This document shows, piece after piece, positions 38,856-49,355 of a stretch of DNA of 64,000 nt. Both the position numbers and the translations under genes were made by a program. The DNA lies in the NCBI GenBank assembly GCA_040752695.1, contig JBFMGO010000012.1, forward strand, positions 1 through 64,000. The letters run 5' to 3'. The notes under the pieces were generated by a model that saw only the letters and a list, made by a program, of their open reading frames with translations, searched no databases and was not told where the DNA came from. The stretch comes from a bacterium. Lineage in GTDB: Bacteria > SZUA-182 > DTGQ01. Within the stretch, counting starts at the first letter, position 1. The number at the start of each line of letters is the position of its first letter.

Positions 38856-40208
38856 ATGAGAGATAATGATCGTTTCAGGGAAAAGCCTGCCAACCGGCAG
38901 CGCAGCAGCGGCAGCGGGAGCCCGGTCGAAAGGGAGTCCAAAGTCGATAACGGGATGACCGATGCCGATGGTCAATTGATTGAGAGCGATACGGACAGCA
39001 GGGAAATGAGCGATGAAACGAGTATCAACACTCATGAAGTGAATGACACAGGCAGCGAACTCACTGATAATGAGCTTATTGACAGCGAATGTATTGAGAG
39101 CGAAGTCGCTGATCATACCTTCGCCGATAATGAGGTCTTGGATTTGGATGATGTCCCGGATATCATAGATAATCCGGTCATCATAGATATCCCGGACATC
39201 GCAGGTGTTAAAGCCGCAAATCAGAATTCAGACGCTGATGGCGAGCCCTCCGCCGACAGTGAAGCGGCTGAGACAAAAGGCAGGAAGGATACTGAGGAAG
39301 AGCGGGATACTGAGGTCGAGCGCGATGATGAAGGTAAAGATGAGCCGGGTGTAGTCGGCATCAGATTCGAGCCAACCGGCAAGACATACGATTACCTGCA
39401 AAATAATGTGGAACTTCGCTGTGGAGATAACTGCATCGTTGAGATGGAGAAGGGGGAGGAGATAGCCAGGGTTTTCAGGCTTGCCGCCTGCAACCGCAAC
39501 AGAAAGCAGGGCGGACGGAAACCTTTCAGGAAGGTCGTTCGTAAGGCAACGCCCCATGACCTGGAGCAGGCCAGGCGGAATGAGGAAATGGGGAAGAAGG
39601 CGCAGGTGGCCTGTCAGAAAAAGATTATCGAGCGAGGATTGCCGATGAAGCTGATCAAGGTCAAATACTCCTTTGACGGAAGTAAGGCGGTTTTTTACTT
39701 TACTGCGGAAGGCCGCATTGACTTTCGGGATCTGGTCAAGGATCTTGCCGTTCGCTTCAAGACCCGCATCGAGATGCGCCAGATCGGGGTCAGGGACGAG
39801 GCCAGGATGGTCAGCGGCTTTGGCTGCTGCGGTCGTCAATTGTGCTGCTCTTTGTTTCTTCGTGATTTTGAACCCGTCTCGATCCGCATGGCCAAAGATC
39901 AATGCCTGACCCTGAATCCGGGGAAAATATCGGGAATTTGCGGCAGGCTCATGTGCTGCCTGGTCTATGAGGCTGCCACCTATGAAGAGGTCCGCAAAAA
40001 ACTTCCCAAATTGGGCGAGCGGGTCCTGCTCAACAATGAAGAAGGCAAGGTAGTCTCCTTTGATATTCTCAAGGGACTGGTTTTCGTGGAATTCCCTGAT
40101 GGAAGGGTGCTGAAGGCAGCCGGATCGGGCATTCAGAGGATCAAGGGAGAGCAAAAAAAGCCTCCTAAGAAGTCCTCGAAGCAAGATAGCGGAAAACAAA
40201 GTCGCTGA
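38856..40208 (+). CDS. PSP1-domain (YaaT/RicT) protein with long acidic N-terminal extension
   Basis: FYFTAEGRIDFRDLVKDL, RQIGVRDEA, CGRQLCC and KISGICGRLMCCL; follows holB. Confidence 0.92.
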   Translation: MRDNDRFREKPANRQRSSGSGSPVERESKVDNGMTDADGQLIESDTDSREMSDETSINTHEVNDTGSELTDNELIDSECIESEVADHTFADNEVLDLDDVPDIIDNPVIIDIPDIAGVKAANQNSDADGEPSADSEAAETKGRKDTEEERDTEVERDDEGKDEPGVVGIRFEPTGKTYDYLQNNVELRCGDNCIVEMEKGEEIARVFRLAACNRNRKQGGRKPFRKVVRKATPHDLEQARRNEEMGKKAQVACQKKIIERGLPMKLIKVKYSFDGSKAVFYFTAEGRIDFRDLVKDLAVRFKTRIEMRQIGVRDEARMVSGFGCCGRQLCCSLFLRDFEPVSIRMAKDQCLTLNPGKISGICGRLMCCLVYEAATYEEVRKKLPKLGERVLLNNEEGKVVSFDILKGLVFVEFPDGRVLKAAGSGIQRIKGEQKKPPKKSSKQDSGKQSR

Positions 40209-41088
40209 GTCCGGCAAATTCCTCAAGACAGAGGGTCTCACCCCGCCCCTGAGGGGAAAGATGAGACTCTTTCAAAAGATCCGGCCATGCCTCCCGTGGG
40301 ACTCCCAGCTCAGGATGCGCTTTGAGGGCATTCAAAAGAGTCTTTCTCCTCTGGGAAAAGGCTGCCCGTACCAGGCGAAAGAAAAGATCTTCATCCTGAA
40401 CGCTCACCCGCGGGCTTTGGAGCGGGTGAAGGGAAATAATCTTTGAAGTCACCTTGGGACGGGGGTAAAACGCTCCGGCAGGAAGGGATTCGACCTCTGT
40501 TGCGTCATACAGGTATCGGATTCGAACACTTAACTCCCCATAGGCTTTCTGGGCTGGATGTGCCAGCATCCGGTCGGCCAGTTCCTTTTGCAGGGTGGCT
40601 ATGATCAGGGAGATTCGATCCTTGATTTCTTCAAGGCGGACCAGAATAGGGACAGCTACATAGTAGGGAAGGTTTCCGATCACTTTCACTTTTCCTTCCT
40701 CCTTCTGGCCTTTCTGGCCGGGAAAATGCCCCGGTATTTCCCGGTCGGGAAAGTGTTCCAGCACCTCCCGATATGAGCAGCGGGCGGCATCTGCCTGAAT
40801 CAGGGTAATGTTGCCAAAAGGAGCCAGTTCTTCTTTGAGAACAGCCATAAGCTGCGGATCAAACTCCAGGGCTATGACCCATCGGACCTTTTCGGCAATC
40901 AGGCGGGTGATCTGGCCTAATCCTGCTCCGATCTCAATGACCTGATCCTTTGCCGACAGTGCAGCTTCGGCAAAGAGCCGCTCAACCGCGTGGTCACTTA
41001 CCAGGAAGTTCTGCCCCAGACTCTTTTTGGGGAAGACCCTGTGCCTTCGCAGAAGATCCAGAACCTGCTGCCTCATAAGATCAATCAT
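40165..41088 (-). CDS. rsmA: 16S rRNA adenine dimethyltransferase
   Basis: KKSLGQNFL, EIGAGLG, GNLPYY and AFSQRRKTL. Confidence 0.96.
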   Translation of the reverse strand: MIDLMRQQVLDLLRRHRVFPKKSLGQNFLVSDHAVERLFAEAALSAKDQVIEIGAGLGQITRLIAEKVRWVIALEFDPQLMAVLKEELAPFGNITLIQADAARCSYREVLEHFPDREIPGHFPGQKGQKEEGKVKVIGNLPYYVAVPILVRLEEIKDRISLIIATLQKELADRMLAHPAQKAYGELSVRIRYLYDATEVESLPAGAFYPRPKVTSKIISLHPLQSPRVSVQDEDLFFRLVRAAFSQRRKTLLNALKAHPELGVPREAWPDLLKESHLSPQGRGETLCLEEFAGLSDFVFRYLASRTS

Positions 41089-41129
41089 TTTTTTTCCTTT
41101 CTTCAGGAGAGTAAGCGCTCACCATGCTC

Positions 41130-42164
41130 TCACTCCCCCTCATTCAGCCTCGTCGCCAGATAGCTGGCCGTCTCACTAGCGGCAATCATGCTAGAGGTTC
41201 TCGCTATCCCTTTCCAGGCGATGTCATAAGCAGTCCCATGGTCCACCGAGGTCCGGATTATGGGCAGGCCGAGAGTAATGTTGACTCCGACATCGAAAGC
41301 TAGCATCTTGAGGGGGATCAGGCCCTGATCGTGATACATGACTACAACGGCGCCGTAAATCCCTTTCTGAGCCTGGTAAAAGAGGGCATCGGCAGGGTAG
41401 GGGCCTTCTGCCTGCACCCCTTCGGACCTGGCCTGGATTATGGCGGGGCTGATAACCTCGATTTCCTCCCGTCCGAATAATCCATTTTCCCCTGCGTGGG
41501 GATTCAGGCCACAGACGGCAATTTTTTTCTCCTGCGGATAGAATTTTCCGAGCCACTGATCGGTCAACCGGATTGTTCGATAAACCCGCTCCCGGGTGAT
41601 CTTTGCCGAGACATCGGCTATAGCGGTATGAGTGGTTACCAGAACAACCCGCAAACCTCTCCCGGCCAGCATCATGGCATAATCGCGGGTGTTGGTGCGG
41701 TCGGCCAGCAATTCGGTATGACCGGCATAAGGGAAACCGGCCAGGTGAATGGCCTCCTTGCTGATCGGAGCAGTAACCATGGCCTTTATCTCTCCACGCT
41801 GGCACAGGTCAATGGCTTTTTCGATATATTCCACTGCTGCCAGGCCGCAGGCCGATCCAGGCTGCCCGATTGTTACCCGCTCCATGGGCAAATTGTTTAA
41901 ATCCAGAACATTGATGGCTCCATCAAAAACAGCCTCCTGAACAGAGGAAATGAGACGAAAACCGCGCGGCGGCTGAATGTCAAGACGCACGGCCACCTCC
42001 TGAAGAACACCTCCATCCCCTATCACCAGGCTGCAAAAGTGCCTGTTGCTGCCGGATTCCTGCTGCAAGGATCGGACGATGATTTCAGGGCCGATGCCTG
42101 CCGCATCCCCCATCGTAATACCGATAACAGCCTTTTCCCTGGACATTATTCCTCCATCCTTCAT
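41130..42164 (-). CDS. pdxA: 4-hydroxythreonine-4-phosphate dehydrogenase
   Basis: TMGDAAGIGPE, GHTE, GLNPHAGE, MYHDQG and RTSVDHGTA. Confidence 0.96.
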   Translation of the reverse strand: MKDGGIMSREKAVIGITMGDAAGIGPEIIVRSLQQESGSNRHFCSLVIGDGGVLQEVAVRLDIQPPRGFRLISSVQEAVFDGAINVLDLNNLPMERVTIGQPGSACGLAAVEYIEKAIDLCQRGEIKAMVTAPISKEAIHLAGFPYAGHTELLADRTNTRDYAMMLAGRGLRVVLVTTHTAIADVSAKITRERVYRTIRLTDQWLGKFYPQEKKIAVCGLNPHAGENGLFGREEIEVISPAIIQARSEGVQAEGPYPADALFYQAQKGIYGAVVVMYHDQGLIPLKMLAFDVGVNITLGLPIIRTSVDHGTAYDIAWKGIARTSSMIAASETASYLATRLNEGE

Positions 42165-42305
42165 CTTTCGTCTTCTATAAGATTATTGTTACATACTATG
42201 AAAAATATTTCTCATTTTTAGCTATCTATGAATATTTTTTCACACTTCTATTGCGATTTCCCTGCTTCTTCTTTTATGTTTCAACAAGATACTGGCTCTC
42301 TTGCC

Positions 42306-42321
42306 TGGCATCCGGTTTGCT
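42306..42321 (+). promoter_or_regulatory. sigma54 promoter of the cadherin-like secreted protein
   Basis: TGGCAT-CCGGT-TTGCT, 70 bp upstream of GTG 42392. Confidence 0.75.
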
Positions 42322-42391
42322 TTTTATTATAGCAGATTTTCTAATGCTTATACATAAGGTTGTTTTTCACAAGCACAAGGGGGGAATTTTT

Positions 42392-44005
42392 GTGTATAAG
42401 AGGAAGCTTCTCACTATTGGTTTATTTTTTGCTCTTATCTGGTCTATTATTTTTACCGGTCACGTCACTCTGGCTGCCAGTCTGGCCTTCGATACTTTTG
42501 AGTACTGGGACAGTCCCTTGAACCACGGATGGCAAACCTCTGACCCGGCCTATCCGGTGCTCGGGTATAATATCGGAACCGGTAATCTGCAAACTCTTGT
42601 TGATTTTTCCGAGGGAAGCCGCGTACTTCAAGTAAACAGCACGCCTTCGGTATTTAATCAATTGCAGCCTTATCAGATTTATAACAGTAATCTTATAAAT
42701 CCGCAAACGGGCGCTGCGGTCAATCAGAAAGTCATTTCGTTTAAGATGCACGCTCCATTTGCGGTAGAATACTTTGCCATGTTTCAGTTTTGCGTGGTTG
42801 TTGTCACCACCGACGATGAGTCCAAGACCCTTGTCTACCGTCCGGTGGAAGGCCCCGGGCCTGTGCAGAAAGGTCAGGATACCATTGACGTGTGCCTTGG
42901 CCGCCAGTATCAGGATGGTACCTGGCACCTGGTAGTCAGGAACATGGATGACGACATCAAGGCAGCTATCCCCGGTTCTGGGTTGAAAGAGGTGAGGGCG
43001 ATCATCATCAGGGGAAATCAATATCGGGTGGATGACATCATCTTTTATGATGACACGCAGTTTATAAACAACCATCCGCCGGAATTATGGAGGATCGGGC
43101 CTCAGTTTGCAACCTTGTTCGCTCCCTTCCAACTGTTGATTGCAGCCAGGGACCAGGATGGTGATTTTCTGAATTTTGTTGTTACCATCGGAGGATACGG
43201 AGCCTGGGGAACCAATACCAGTAATGTGTCATTTCGCATTCCACAGACACCTGGAGATCCCAATTCTCCCATTGCGCCGGATGTCGTTCTCATGCAATTT
43301 ACTCCCAGCGTTCTGGAGGACCTTATGGTGACTGTCCGGGTAACCGACGGACTGTTGTCGGATGTTGAAACCTTCCCCCTTTCCGTAGTCACCTATCCGG
43401 TGGCGGGAATGAACCACCCGCCGATGCTGGAGGAATTGAATGCTGCGGTCGCCCAGGTGGGAGAGCCGTTTGTTTATGACGTACTGGCCAGGGATCCGGA
43501 TGGTGATATCATAACCTTTTCCGCTACCATAGATGACCTGCCCTCGTACCAATTTGGTCCCTGGAGTTTCAACATCATCAACCCGATCACCGGGCAGATC
43601 AATTTTACCCCGTTTTTTGAAGGAGAGTACAGGCTCGTGGTTACAGTGCGGGACAGCCGGGGCATGTATGCCCAGGGCACCATTCCCTTGACCGTTGCCA
43701 ACGCCGGAACCTGGCTAAACCATAAGCCGGTTCTAGCCCAGCATGTCCAGAATCCGCAGGTGGCGCGGGCAGGCTTGCCTTTTACCGTTCCGGTGGAATT
43801 CGTGGACCCGGATGGTGACAAGCTTTATTATTCCTGTACTATTGGCACAGTTACCGAGAGGACCGATGGCAAACAAGGTGCCGTGTTCAGCTTTTTTACC
43901 AATTTCCCCGGCATCTACCTAGTGAAAATTATAGCCTATGACGACCGTGGAGGCCTGGCAGAAGAGATGTTTGCCATGGACGTTCAACCCTGGTGGACGT
44001 ATTAG
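42392..44005 (+). CDS. Secreted protein with N-terminal jelly-roll-like region and three cadherin/Ig-like repeats
   Basis: GTG 42392 after a GGGGG RBS gives a clean signal peptide (…HVTLA). Three repeats start NHPP/NHPP/NHKP and contain DQDGD/DPDGD motifs. Confidence 0.8.
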   Translation: MYKRKLLTIGLFFALIWSIIFTGHVTLAASLAFDTFEYWDSPLNHGWQTSDPAYPVLGYNIGTGNLQTLVDFSEGSRVLQVNSTPSVFNQLQPYQIYNSNLINPQTGAAVNQKVISFKMHAPFAVEYFAMFQFCVVVVTTDDESKTLVYRPVEGPGPVQKGQDTIDVCLGRQYQDGTWHLVVRNMDDDIKAAIPGSGLKEVRAIIIRGNQYRVDDIIFYDDTQFINNHPPELWRIGPQFATLFAPFQLLIAARDQDGDFLNFVVTIGGYGAWGTNTSNVSFRIPQTPGDPNSPIAPDVVLMQFTPSVLEDLMVTVRVTDGLLSDVETFPLSVVTYPVAGMNHPPMLEELNAAVAQVGEPFVYDVLARDPDGDIITFSATIDDLPSYQFGPWSFNIINPITGQINFTPFFEGEYRLVVTVRDSRGMYAQGTIPLTVANAGTWLNHKPVLAQHVQNPQVARAGLPFTVPVEFVDPDGDKLYYSCTIGTVTERTDGKQGAVFSFFTNFPGIYLVKIIAYDDRGGLAEEMFAMDVQPWWTY

Positions 44006-44378
44006 CGTGCGTGCTTTGGCAATGCCTGATGCGGGTAACTGGTGGCTCTGGATGCCGGGCGATAGATGAGAGAGTGTGGATATTGACGGGCATCCGCATA
44101 TAGAGGGGGCACCTCTTGCGGGTGCCCGTTATTCCTTCCTTTTGTTTGTGCTCTATTGTGATTTCCTTTTCCAGAAATTAACCGTATCGTTTTTTTTAAC
44201 ACTGATTTCCGAATAATTAACGAGGCTGAATCAAGATCATGGTAAGATCATGGTAATCAGGACCATAATCTAAGAGATCGGGAAACGGAGAGCTTGAGTC
44301 GATTGACCAACCAAACGGGTAATTAATTTTTTTTGTTAAATCCTTTAGTACCTTTATATTTTCGAAATTTGCAGATCC

Positions 44379-44407
44379 TTGACAATGTTTTAAGGAAAGA
44401 TTATGAT
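44379..44407 (+). promoter_or_regulatory. sigma70-type promoter of accD-folC-lptD
   Basis: TTGACA-N17-TATGAT. Confidence 0.65.
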
Positions 44408-44541
44408 TATATGGCTCTTACCTATTGGCTGTCTGATACCCTGCCAGGGCAGGTATTATTTTGGTGAAAGGACAGGGTATCGTAGTGAGTGATATCTGCC
44501 GTGACCAGCCGCAGGATCTTATAGAACTATGGAGAAATCTC

Positions 44542-45411
44542 GTGTGGTTTAAAAGGGAAAATAAACCAAAAGAAAGAATCGAGAATAAAAAGCTGCAAAT
44601 ACCGGAGGGTCTCTGGGTCCGATGCAAAAACTGTAAAGAAATCATTTATAAAAAAGAGGTCGAAAGAAACTACGACATCTGTCCGAAGTGTCAGTACCAT
44701 TTCTATATTAATGCAAGGAAAAGACTCTCCCTGCTCTATGACGATGGGAAATATGCAACCTTCGACGAGCATCTTCAGGCCACGGATCCTCTGAAATTCC
44801 GGGACCGGAAAAAATACAAGGACCGGCTTAAAGAGTACGCTTCCATCACGGGATCGAAAGACGCCCTGATAAGCAGTGAAGGAACTATTGGAGGGTACCG
44901 GCTGGTGATCTGTGCCATGGAGTTTAGCTTCATGGGAGGAAGCATGGCCTCGGTGGTTGGAGAAAAGATAGTCCGCGGCGCGGAAAAGTGCCTGGCTGAA
45001 AAAATTCCGTTTATTACTATCGCCTGCTCCGGAGGAGCCAGAATGCAGGAGGGAATCATCTCCCTCATGCAGATGGCCAAAACAAGCGCCGTTGTCGGAA
45101 AACTGGCTGAGGCTGGGCTGCCGTTTATCTCCATTCTTACCGATCCAACAACCGGCGGAGTTTCAGCCAGTTTTGCCATGCTGGGAGATATCATCATATC
45201 AGAACCCAAAGCCTTAATCGGTTTTGCCGGACAGCGGGTGATTGAACAGACTATCGGCCAGGAGCTTCCGTCAGGTTTTCAGACAGCGGAATTCCTCCTG
45301 ACCCACGGGATGATCGATATGATCATTGACCGGAGGGAAATACGGCCTATGCTGATCAAGATATTGGGTTTCTTTGACCTGAACGGTGCAAAACGCGAGA
45401 ATAACCGGTGA
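44542..45411 (+). CDS. accD: Acetyl-CoA carboxylase carboxyltransferase beta subunit
   Basis: GLWVRCKNC...CPKC, FMGGSM, SGGARMQEG and PTTGGV. GTG 44542 follows GGAG. Confidence 0.96.
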   Translation: MWFKRENKPKERIENKKLQIPEGLWVRCKNCKEIIYKKEVERNYDICPKCQYHFYINARKRLSLLYDDGKYATFDEHLQATDPLKFRDRKKYKDRLKEYASITGSKDALISSEGTIGGYRLVICAMEFSFMGGSMASVVGEKIVRGAEKCLAEKIPFITIACSGGARMQEGIISLMQMAKTSAVVGKLAEAGLPFISILTDPTTGGVSASFAMLGDIIISEPKALIGFAGQRVIEQTIGQELPSGFQTAEFLLTHGMIDMIIDRREIRPMLIKILGFFDLNGAKRENNR

Positions 45412-45539
45412 CCGGGCGTCAGGGGTCTGGAATCCGGCGTCAGGAGTCAGAAAGCCGTGACCAGACATTGGGATGACCAGGCACTCAGCACATGGTATTC
45501 AGCACCCCGTATCCAGTAATCAGTCTTTAGAAAAACAAT

Positions 45540-46853
45540 ATGATACCATATGAACAGACGATAAAATATCTTTATGACTTGCAGCCGATCGGGATCAAGT
45601 TTGGCCTCCACAATACGCTCTGTTTGCTGAACTATTTTCATAATCCACACGAGAAAATCAGGACTATCCATGTGGCTGGCACCAACGGCAAGGGCTCTAC
45701 CTGTTCCATGATTGCCTCTGTCCTGCAGGCAGCCGGGTACAGAGTGGGATTGTATACCTCGCCGCATCTTGTCGATTTCACCGAGCGCATTTCCATCAAC
45801 GGTCTTCGGATCGCCCGGTTGGAAGTAGTGCGTTTGACTGAAAGGATACAAGAGGCAATTGCAGCAGGGGATTTCGAATCAGGTCATCCGACCTTTTTCG
45901 AGGTGGTAACGGTCATGGCCCTGGCCTATTTTCAGGAGCAGCAAGTCGATTTTGCCATTATGGAGGTAGGCATGGGGGGCAGGCTGGACGCTACCAATGT
46001 CATTGAGCCCCTGCTTGGCATTATTACCAATATTGATCTGGACCATCAGCAATATCTGGGTAATTCGCTTTTAGATATTGCCCGCGAAAAAGCGGGGATT
46101 ATCAAAAAGGGTATGCCTTTAGTCACCGGAGTTCAGCAGCCGGAGGTTATGGAACTCTTATCTGATATCTGTCTGGAGAGGGGGGCTGTCCTGATCCCGG
46201 TACCTTTATCGTCATCTTCCCTTACCCGGCCCTTAAGTCAGAGTCTTGCGGGTCAAAGCTTCGAGATTGTCTGGCCTGATGAGCCATCGCAGCAGTTTTC
46301 GATCTCCCTGATCGGGGAGCATCAGATCCAGAATGCCCTGGTAGCCCTCCGTGCAATACAGGTCCTGAGCCGGATGCTGCCGGGAGGAATATTACTGTCG
46401 CAGATCACCGAGGGCATGTCCCGTGCCCGGTGGCCGGGGAGGGCTGAAAGTTATCCCGGTGTGCCCCCCGTCATGGTGGATGGTGCTCATAATCCTGCCG
46501 GTGCACGGCGGTTGGCCTGTCTATTGAAGGGACTGGGATTTCCCCGGCTCATTCTGGTTCTCGGCATCATGAAAGACAAGGAGATCGCCGGGATCTGCCA
46601 GGAACTGGTTCCGCTCGCTTCACGGGTTGTCCTGACCAGGCCCTCCATTGCCCGTGCCTCATCACCCGAAGAGATCCTGGACATTATAACCTCCCGCTGT
46701 CTGGTATCGGACCGGGAAAGTATCAGTATTACCGAGAGTATTCCCGAAGCTATCACCCTGGCCAGGACAGTGGCCCATCCCAAGGATCTCATCTGCGTTA
46801 CCGGCTCACTCTTCACTGTCGGGGAGGCCAAGGTATTCCTGGATGCGCGGTAA
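45540..46853 (+). CDS. folC: Folylpolyglutamate synthase / dihydrofolate synthase
   Basis: HVAGTNGKGS, TSPHL, EVGMGGRLDATN and DGAHNP. Confidence 0.96.
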   Translation: MIPYEQTIKYLYDLQPIGIKFGLHNTLCLLNYFHNPHEKIRTIHVAGTNGKGSTCSMIASVLQAAGYRVGLYTSPHLVDFTERISINGLRIARLEVVRLTERIQEAIAAGDFESGHPTFFEVVTVMALAYFQEQQVDFAIMEVGMGGRLDATNVIEPLLGIITNIDLDHQQYLGNSLLDIAREKAGIIKKGMPLVTGVQQPEVMELLSDICLERGAVLIPVPLSSSSLTRPLSQSLAGQSFEIVWPDEPSQQFSISLIGEHQIQNALVALRAIQVLSRMLPGGILLSQITEGMSRARWPGRAESYPGVPPVMVDGAHNPAGARRLACLLKGLGFPRLILVLGIMKDKEIAGICQELVPLASRVVLTRPSIARASSPEEILDIITSRCLVSDRESISITESIPEAITLARTVAHPKDLICVTGSLFTVGEAKVFLDAR

Positions 46854-49059
46854 ACAGAGTGTTCTGATTCTGGTTCTGTGTCTTTATGCCTTTTCCTCTT
46901 TTGGATTTGCTCTGGAAATGCCGCTGGATGGAGAAATCCATATTCTGGCCGATCACCTGGAATATGACCAACAGACGGAGCGGCTCAAAGGGCACGGGAA
47001 TGTCAGGGTCCAGTATGGAGAGCTGACATTCACCTCGGATGAAATCGACTTTTCGATACCCGATGGGCTTGTTCTGGCTTATGGAGACGTCCAGCTCTCC
47101 CCTGACAGCCGCTATCAGATACAGAGCGATTCTTTGCGGTTTGACACTGCATCCCGGCTTTTCAGCGTTCAAAACAGCCGGGTCTTCATGGAGCCTTCCT
47201 ACTCTTTCACTGCCCGGCAAATCGTACAGACTTCTGAGAGGGAGATCGTCGTCAGCCGTGCTTCCTATACTGCCTGTGATTCAGAATCTCCTGCCTGGAG
47301 GATTTCATGCTCCAGAGGGACAGTCGAACTGGGGCAGTCAGCTAAAATGAAAAATATTGTCTTTCGCGTCAAGGATACTCCCCTGCTCTATTTGCCTTAT
47401 TTCTGGTTTCCAGTCAATCAGGAGAAGGCAGCGGGGTTTTTGACCCCTGATCTGGGACAATCCAGCGGGCTGGGATACTATATCCAGAACTACTTTTATT
47501 GGCCGATCCGGGACTGGACCGACATTTTATTTCCCCTTGATTACTATGAAAAACGAGGAGTCGGCGCAGGGCTTGAATACCGCTATGCACTGAGCGAATC
47601 GGATTTCGGCCACCTGCGGGCTTATGGGATTTGGGACAGGCAGGAGAGCAGACAAAGGGGAGATGTATCCTTGCAGCTTCAGCAGTCTTTTGCCGTCCAC
47701 TCTCGCGGCGTGGCCGATGTAACTGCCATGAGCGATGATGATTATTACCGGGATTTCCGGCAGGAAACCTCCAAACGCTACAGTCAATTCCTGCAATCGC
47801 GGGCTTTTGTGGAAACGACGGCCGATCCCTGGAATAGCCGGGTTCTGGCTGATTCCACGACCTATCTGCAGGAAGGCCCGAATATCTTAAAGACCCCCGA
47901 GGTCGATCTTTCCAGCAGGATTCAATCCTTCGGCAATCTTCCCCTTTTTTTGCAATGGGAGTCATCCTGGGCACATTTACAGATAAAGGATGCCAACCGA
48001 AGAACCCTGCAAGCCCAGAGAGTCGATTTTGCTCCGCGGTTTTTCTCTCCTCTCTCCGGACGCTATCTCACCCTGGCCCCTTCTTTTTATTACCGGAAGA
48101 CCTGCTATTATCAGCAGGATGAACAGGAGGGGACGATGGGCAAAGACCTATACGGTGCCGGACTGGACCTTGCGGGGCCGAAGTTTTACCGGAGATACTA
48201 CAGCCGGATGGGCCACATTTTTTACCCCCGGATAAACCTGACCTGCGAGACCCTGAACCAGGATGAGGAATACGACGGGAGCGGCCTTAGGGAAGAAAAA
48301 AACCTAGCCGCTGTCGGAGTGGATCACCTCGATCGGCTGAAGGAGAATCGTGATGTCACACTCTCCCTGATCAACCGGGTATGGGAGAAGGGAACCGACA
48401 GCGAGCAGAGCCAGATTCATGCCGGGCTCAATGGCCGGGAAAGCACAGTCAGCGGCCAGGAGCGATTGAGCCTGATTATCAGCCAGAAATACAGTTTTCA
48501 AAGGGAACTTTTGCCCTATCAGAAAGAGCAGGGGCAAAAGAGGAGGGATGGATTCACTGACTTTGAGGTCGAAGCCTCCTTATTTCCCTTTCATACGAGA
48601 AATACGAACCGGTTCGAGATGAAATACCGTTACGACCTGGATATCGGGCGGACAAGATTGATGAATTTTCAGTGGTCTTACGGGTTCTTTCAAACCCTTT
48701 TTAATCTTGGCTGGAGATACAGCAGGCTGGATGACCCTGATGAAGGATACCAGGATGCCTACGGTCAAAGCCAGGATGCAGACAGCCAGAACCAGGATGC
48801 CGATGGCCTGGATCAAAATATCAGCATTCTTCAAGGAGACTGGCAATCCCCCTTGTCTTTTTACCCCTTGTCTTCCCGGTGGATCGCAAGAGTGGCCTTC
48901 TATTACGATCTGAAGAGTGGGATTGCGGTAGAGAACCAATATGGCCTGACCTACGAGGGAGGGTGCTGGTCCATCCAGATGGAATACTCCCATCGCTTTG
49001 ACGGCCAGAGATGGAATGTAAAGATCACCCTGGAATCCTTAGGTGAAGTGGGGCTTTAG
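46843..49059 (+). CDS. lptD: LPS assembly outer-membrane protein LptD
   Basis: OstA-like N-terminal region, YTAC...PAW, PLLYLPYF...GFLTP and a C-terminal beta-barrel with GCW. Confidence 0.85.
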   Translation: MRGKQSVLILVLCLYAFSSFGFALEMPLDGEIHILADHLEYDQQTERLKGHGNVRVQYGELTFTSDEIDFSIPDGLVLAYGDVQLSPDSRYQIQSDSLRFDTASRLFSVQNSRVFMEPSYSFTARQIVQTSEREIVVSRASYTACDSESPAWRISCSRGTVELGQSAKMKNIVFRVKDTPLLYLPYFWFPVNQEKAAGFLTPDLGQSSGLGYYIQNYFYWPIRDWTDILFPLDYYEKRGVGAGLEYRYALSESDFGHLRAYGIWDRQESRQRGDVSLQLQQSFAVHSRGVADVTAMSDDDYYRDFRQETSKRYSQFLQSRAFVETTADPWNSRVLADSTTYLQEGPNILKTPEVDLSSRIQSFGNLPLFLQWESSWAHLQIKDANRRTLQAQRVDFAPRFFSPLSGRYLTLAPSFYYRKTCYYQQDEQEGTMGKDLYGAGLDLAGPKFYRRYYSRMGHIFYPRINLTCETLNQDEEYDGSGLREEKNLAAVGVDHLDRLKENRDVTLSLINRVWEKGTDSEQSQIHAGLNGRESTVSGQERLSLIISQKYSFQRELLPYQKEQGQKRRDGFTDFEVEASLFPFHTRNTNRFEMKYRYDLDIGRTRLMNFQWSYGFFQTLFNLGWRYSRLDDPDEGYQDAYGQSQDADSQNQDADGLDQNISILQGDWQSPLSFYPLSSRWIARVAFYYDLKSGIAVENQYGLTYEGGCWSIQMEYSHRFDGQRWNVKITLESLGEVGL

Positions 49060-49355
49060 AAGCCTATCCAAACATAGATTTCTCATATTGGGGATAGGCA
49101 TTTATAACCTTCAAGTATGGCGTCAAGCATACCCTTTGAGTTCGCCGGTGGGATAACTTCCCAAGAATAACCGCTCAGGGGCTTTTTCAGTTGCACAAGG
49201 CTCTCAGGTATGATAATTAATGCATATGGTTATGGAGCGTAATTGCCTGATAGGGGTAGGCCGGTTTCGTTTCAATGGAGAATTTGAAAGATGCAGCCAT
49301 AACCAGAAAAACCCGCATCTTGTAACTTGCAACTTTACAGTAAAGGGCCTTTCAA

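Noticed and set aside
39228..40241. 337-aa antisense ORF and other long antisense ORFs (e.g. 10530-11153, 14346-14996, 37723-38511)
   Set aside because: They overlap well-supported conserved genes on the opposite strand and carry no recognisable motifs.
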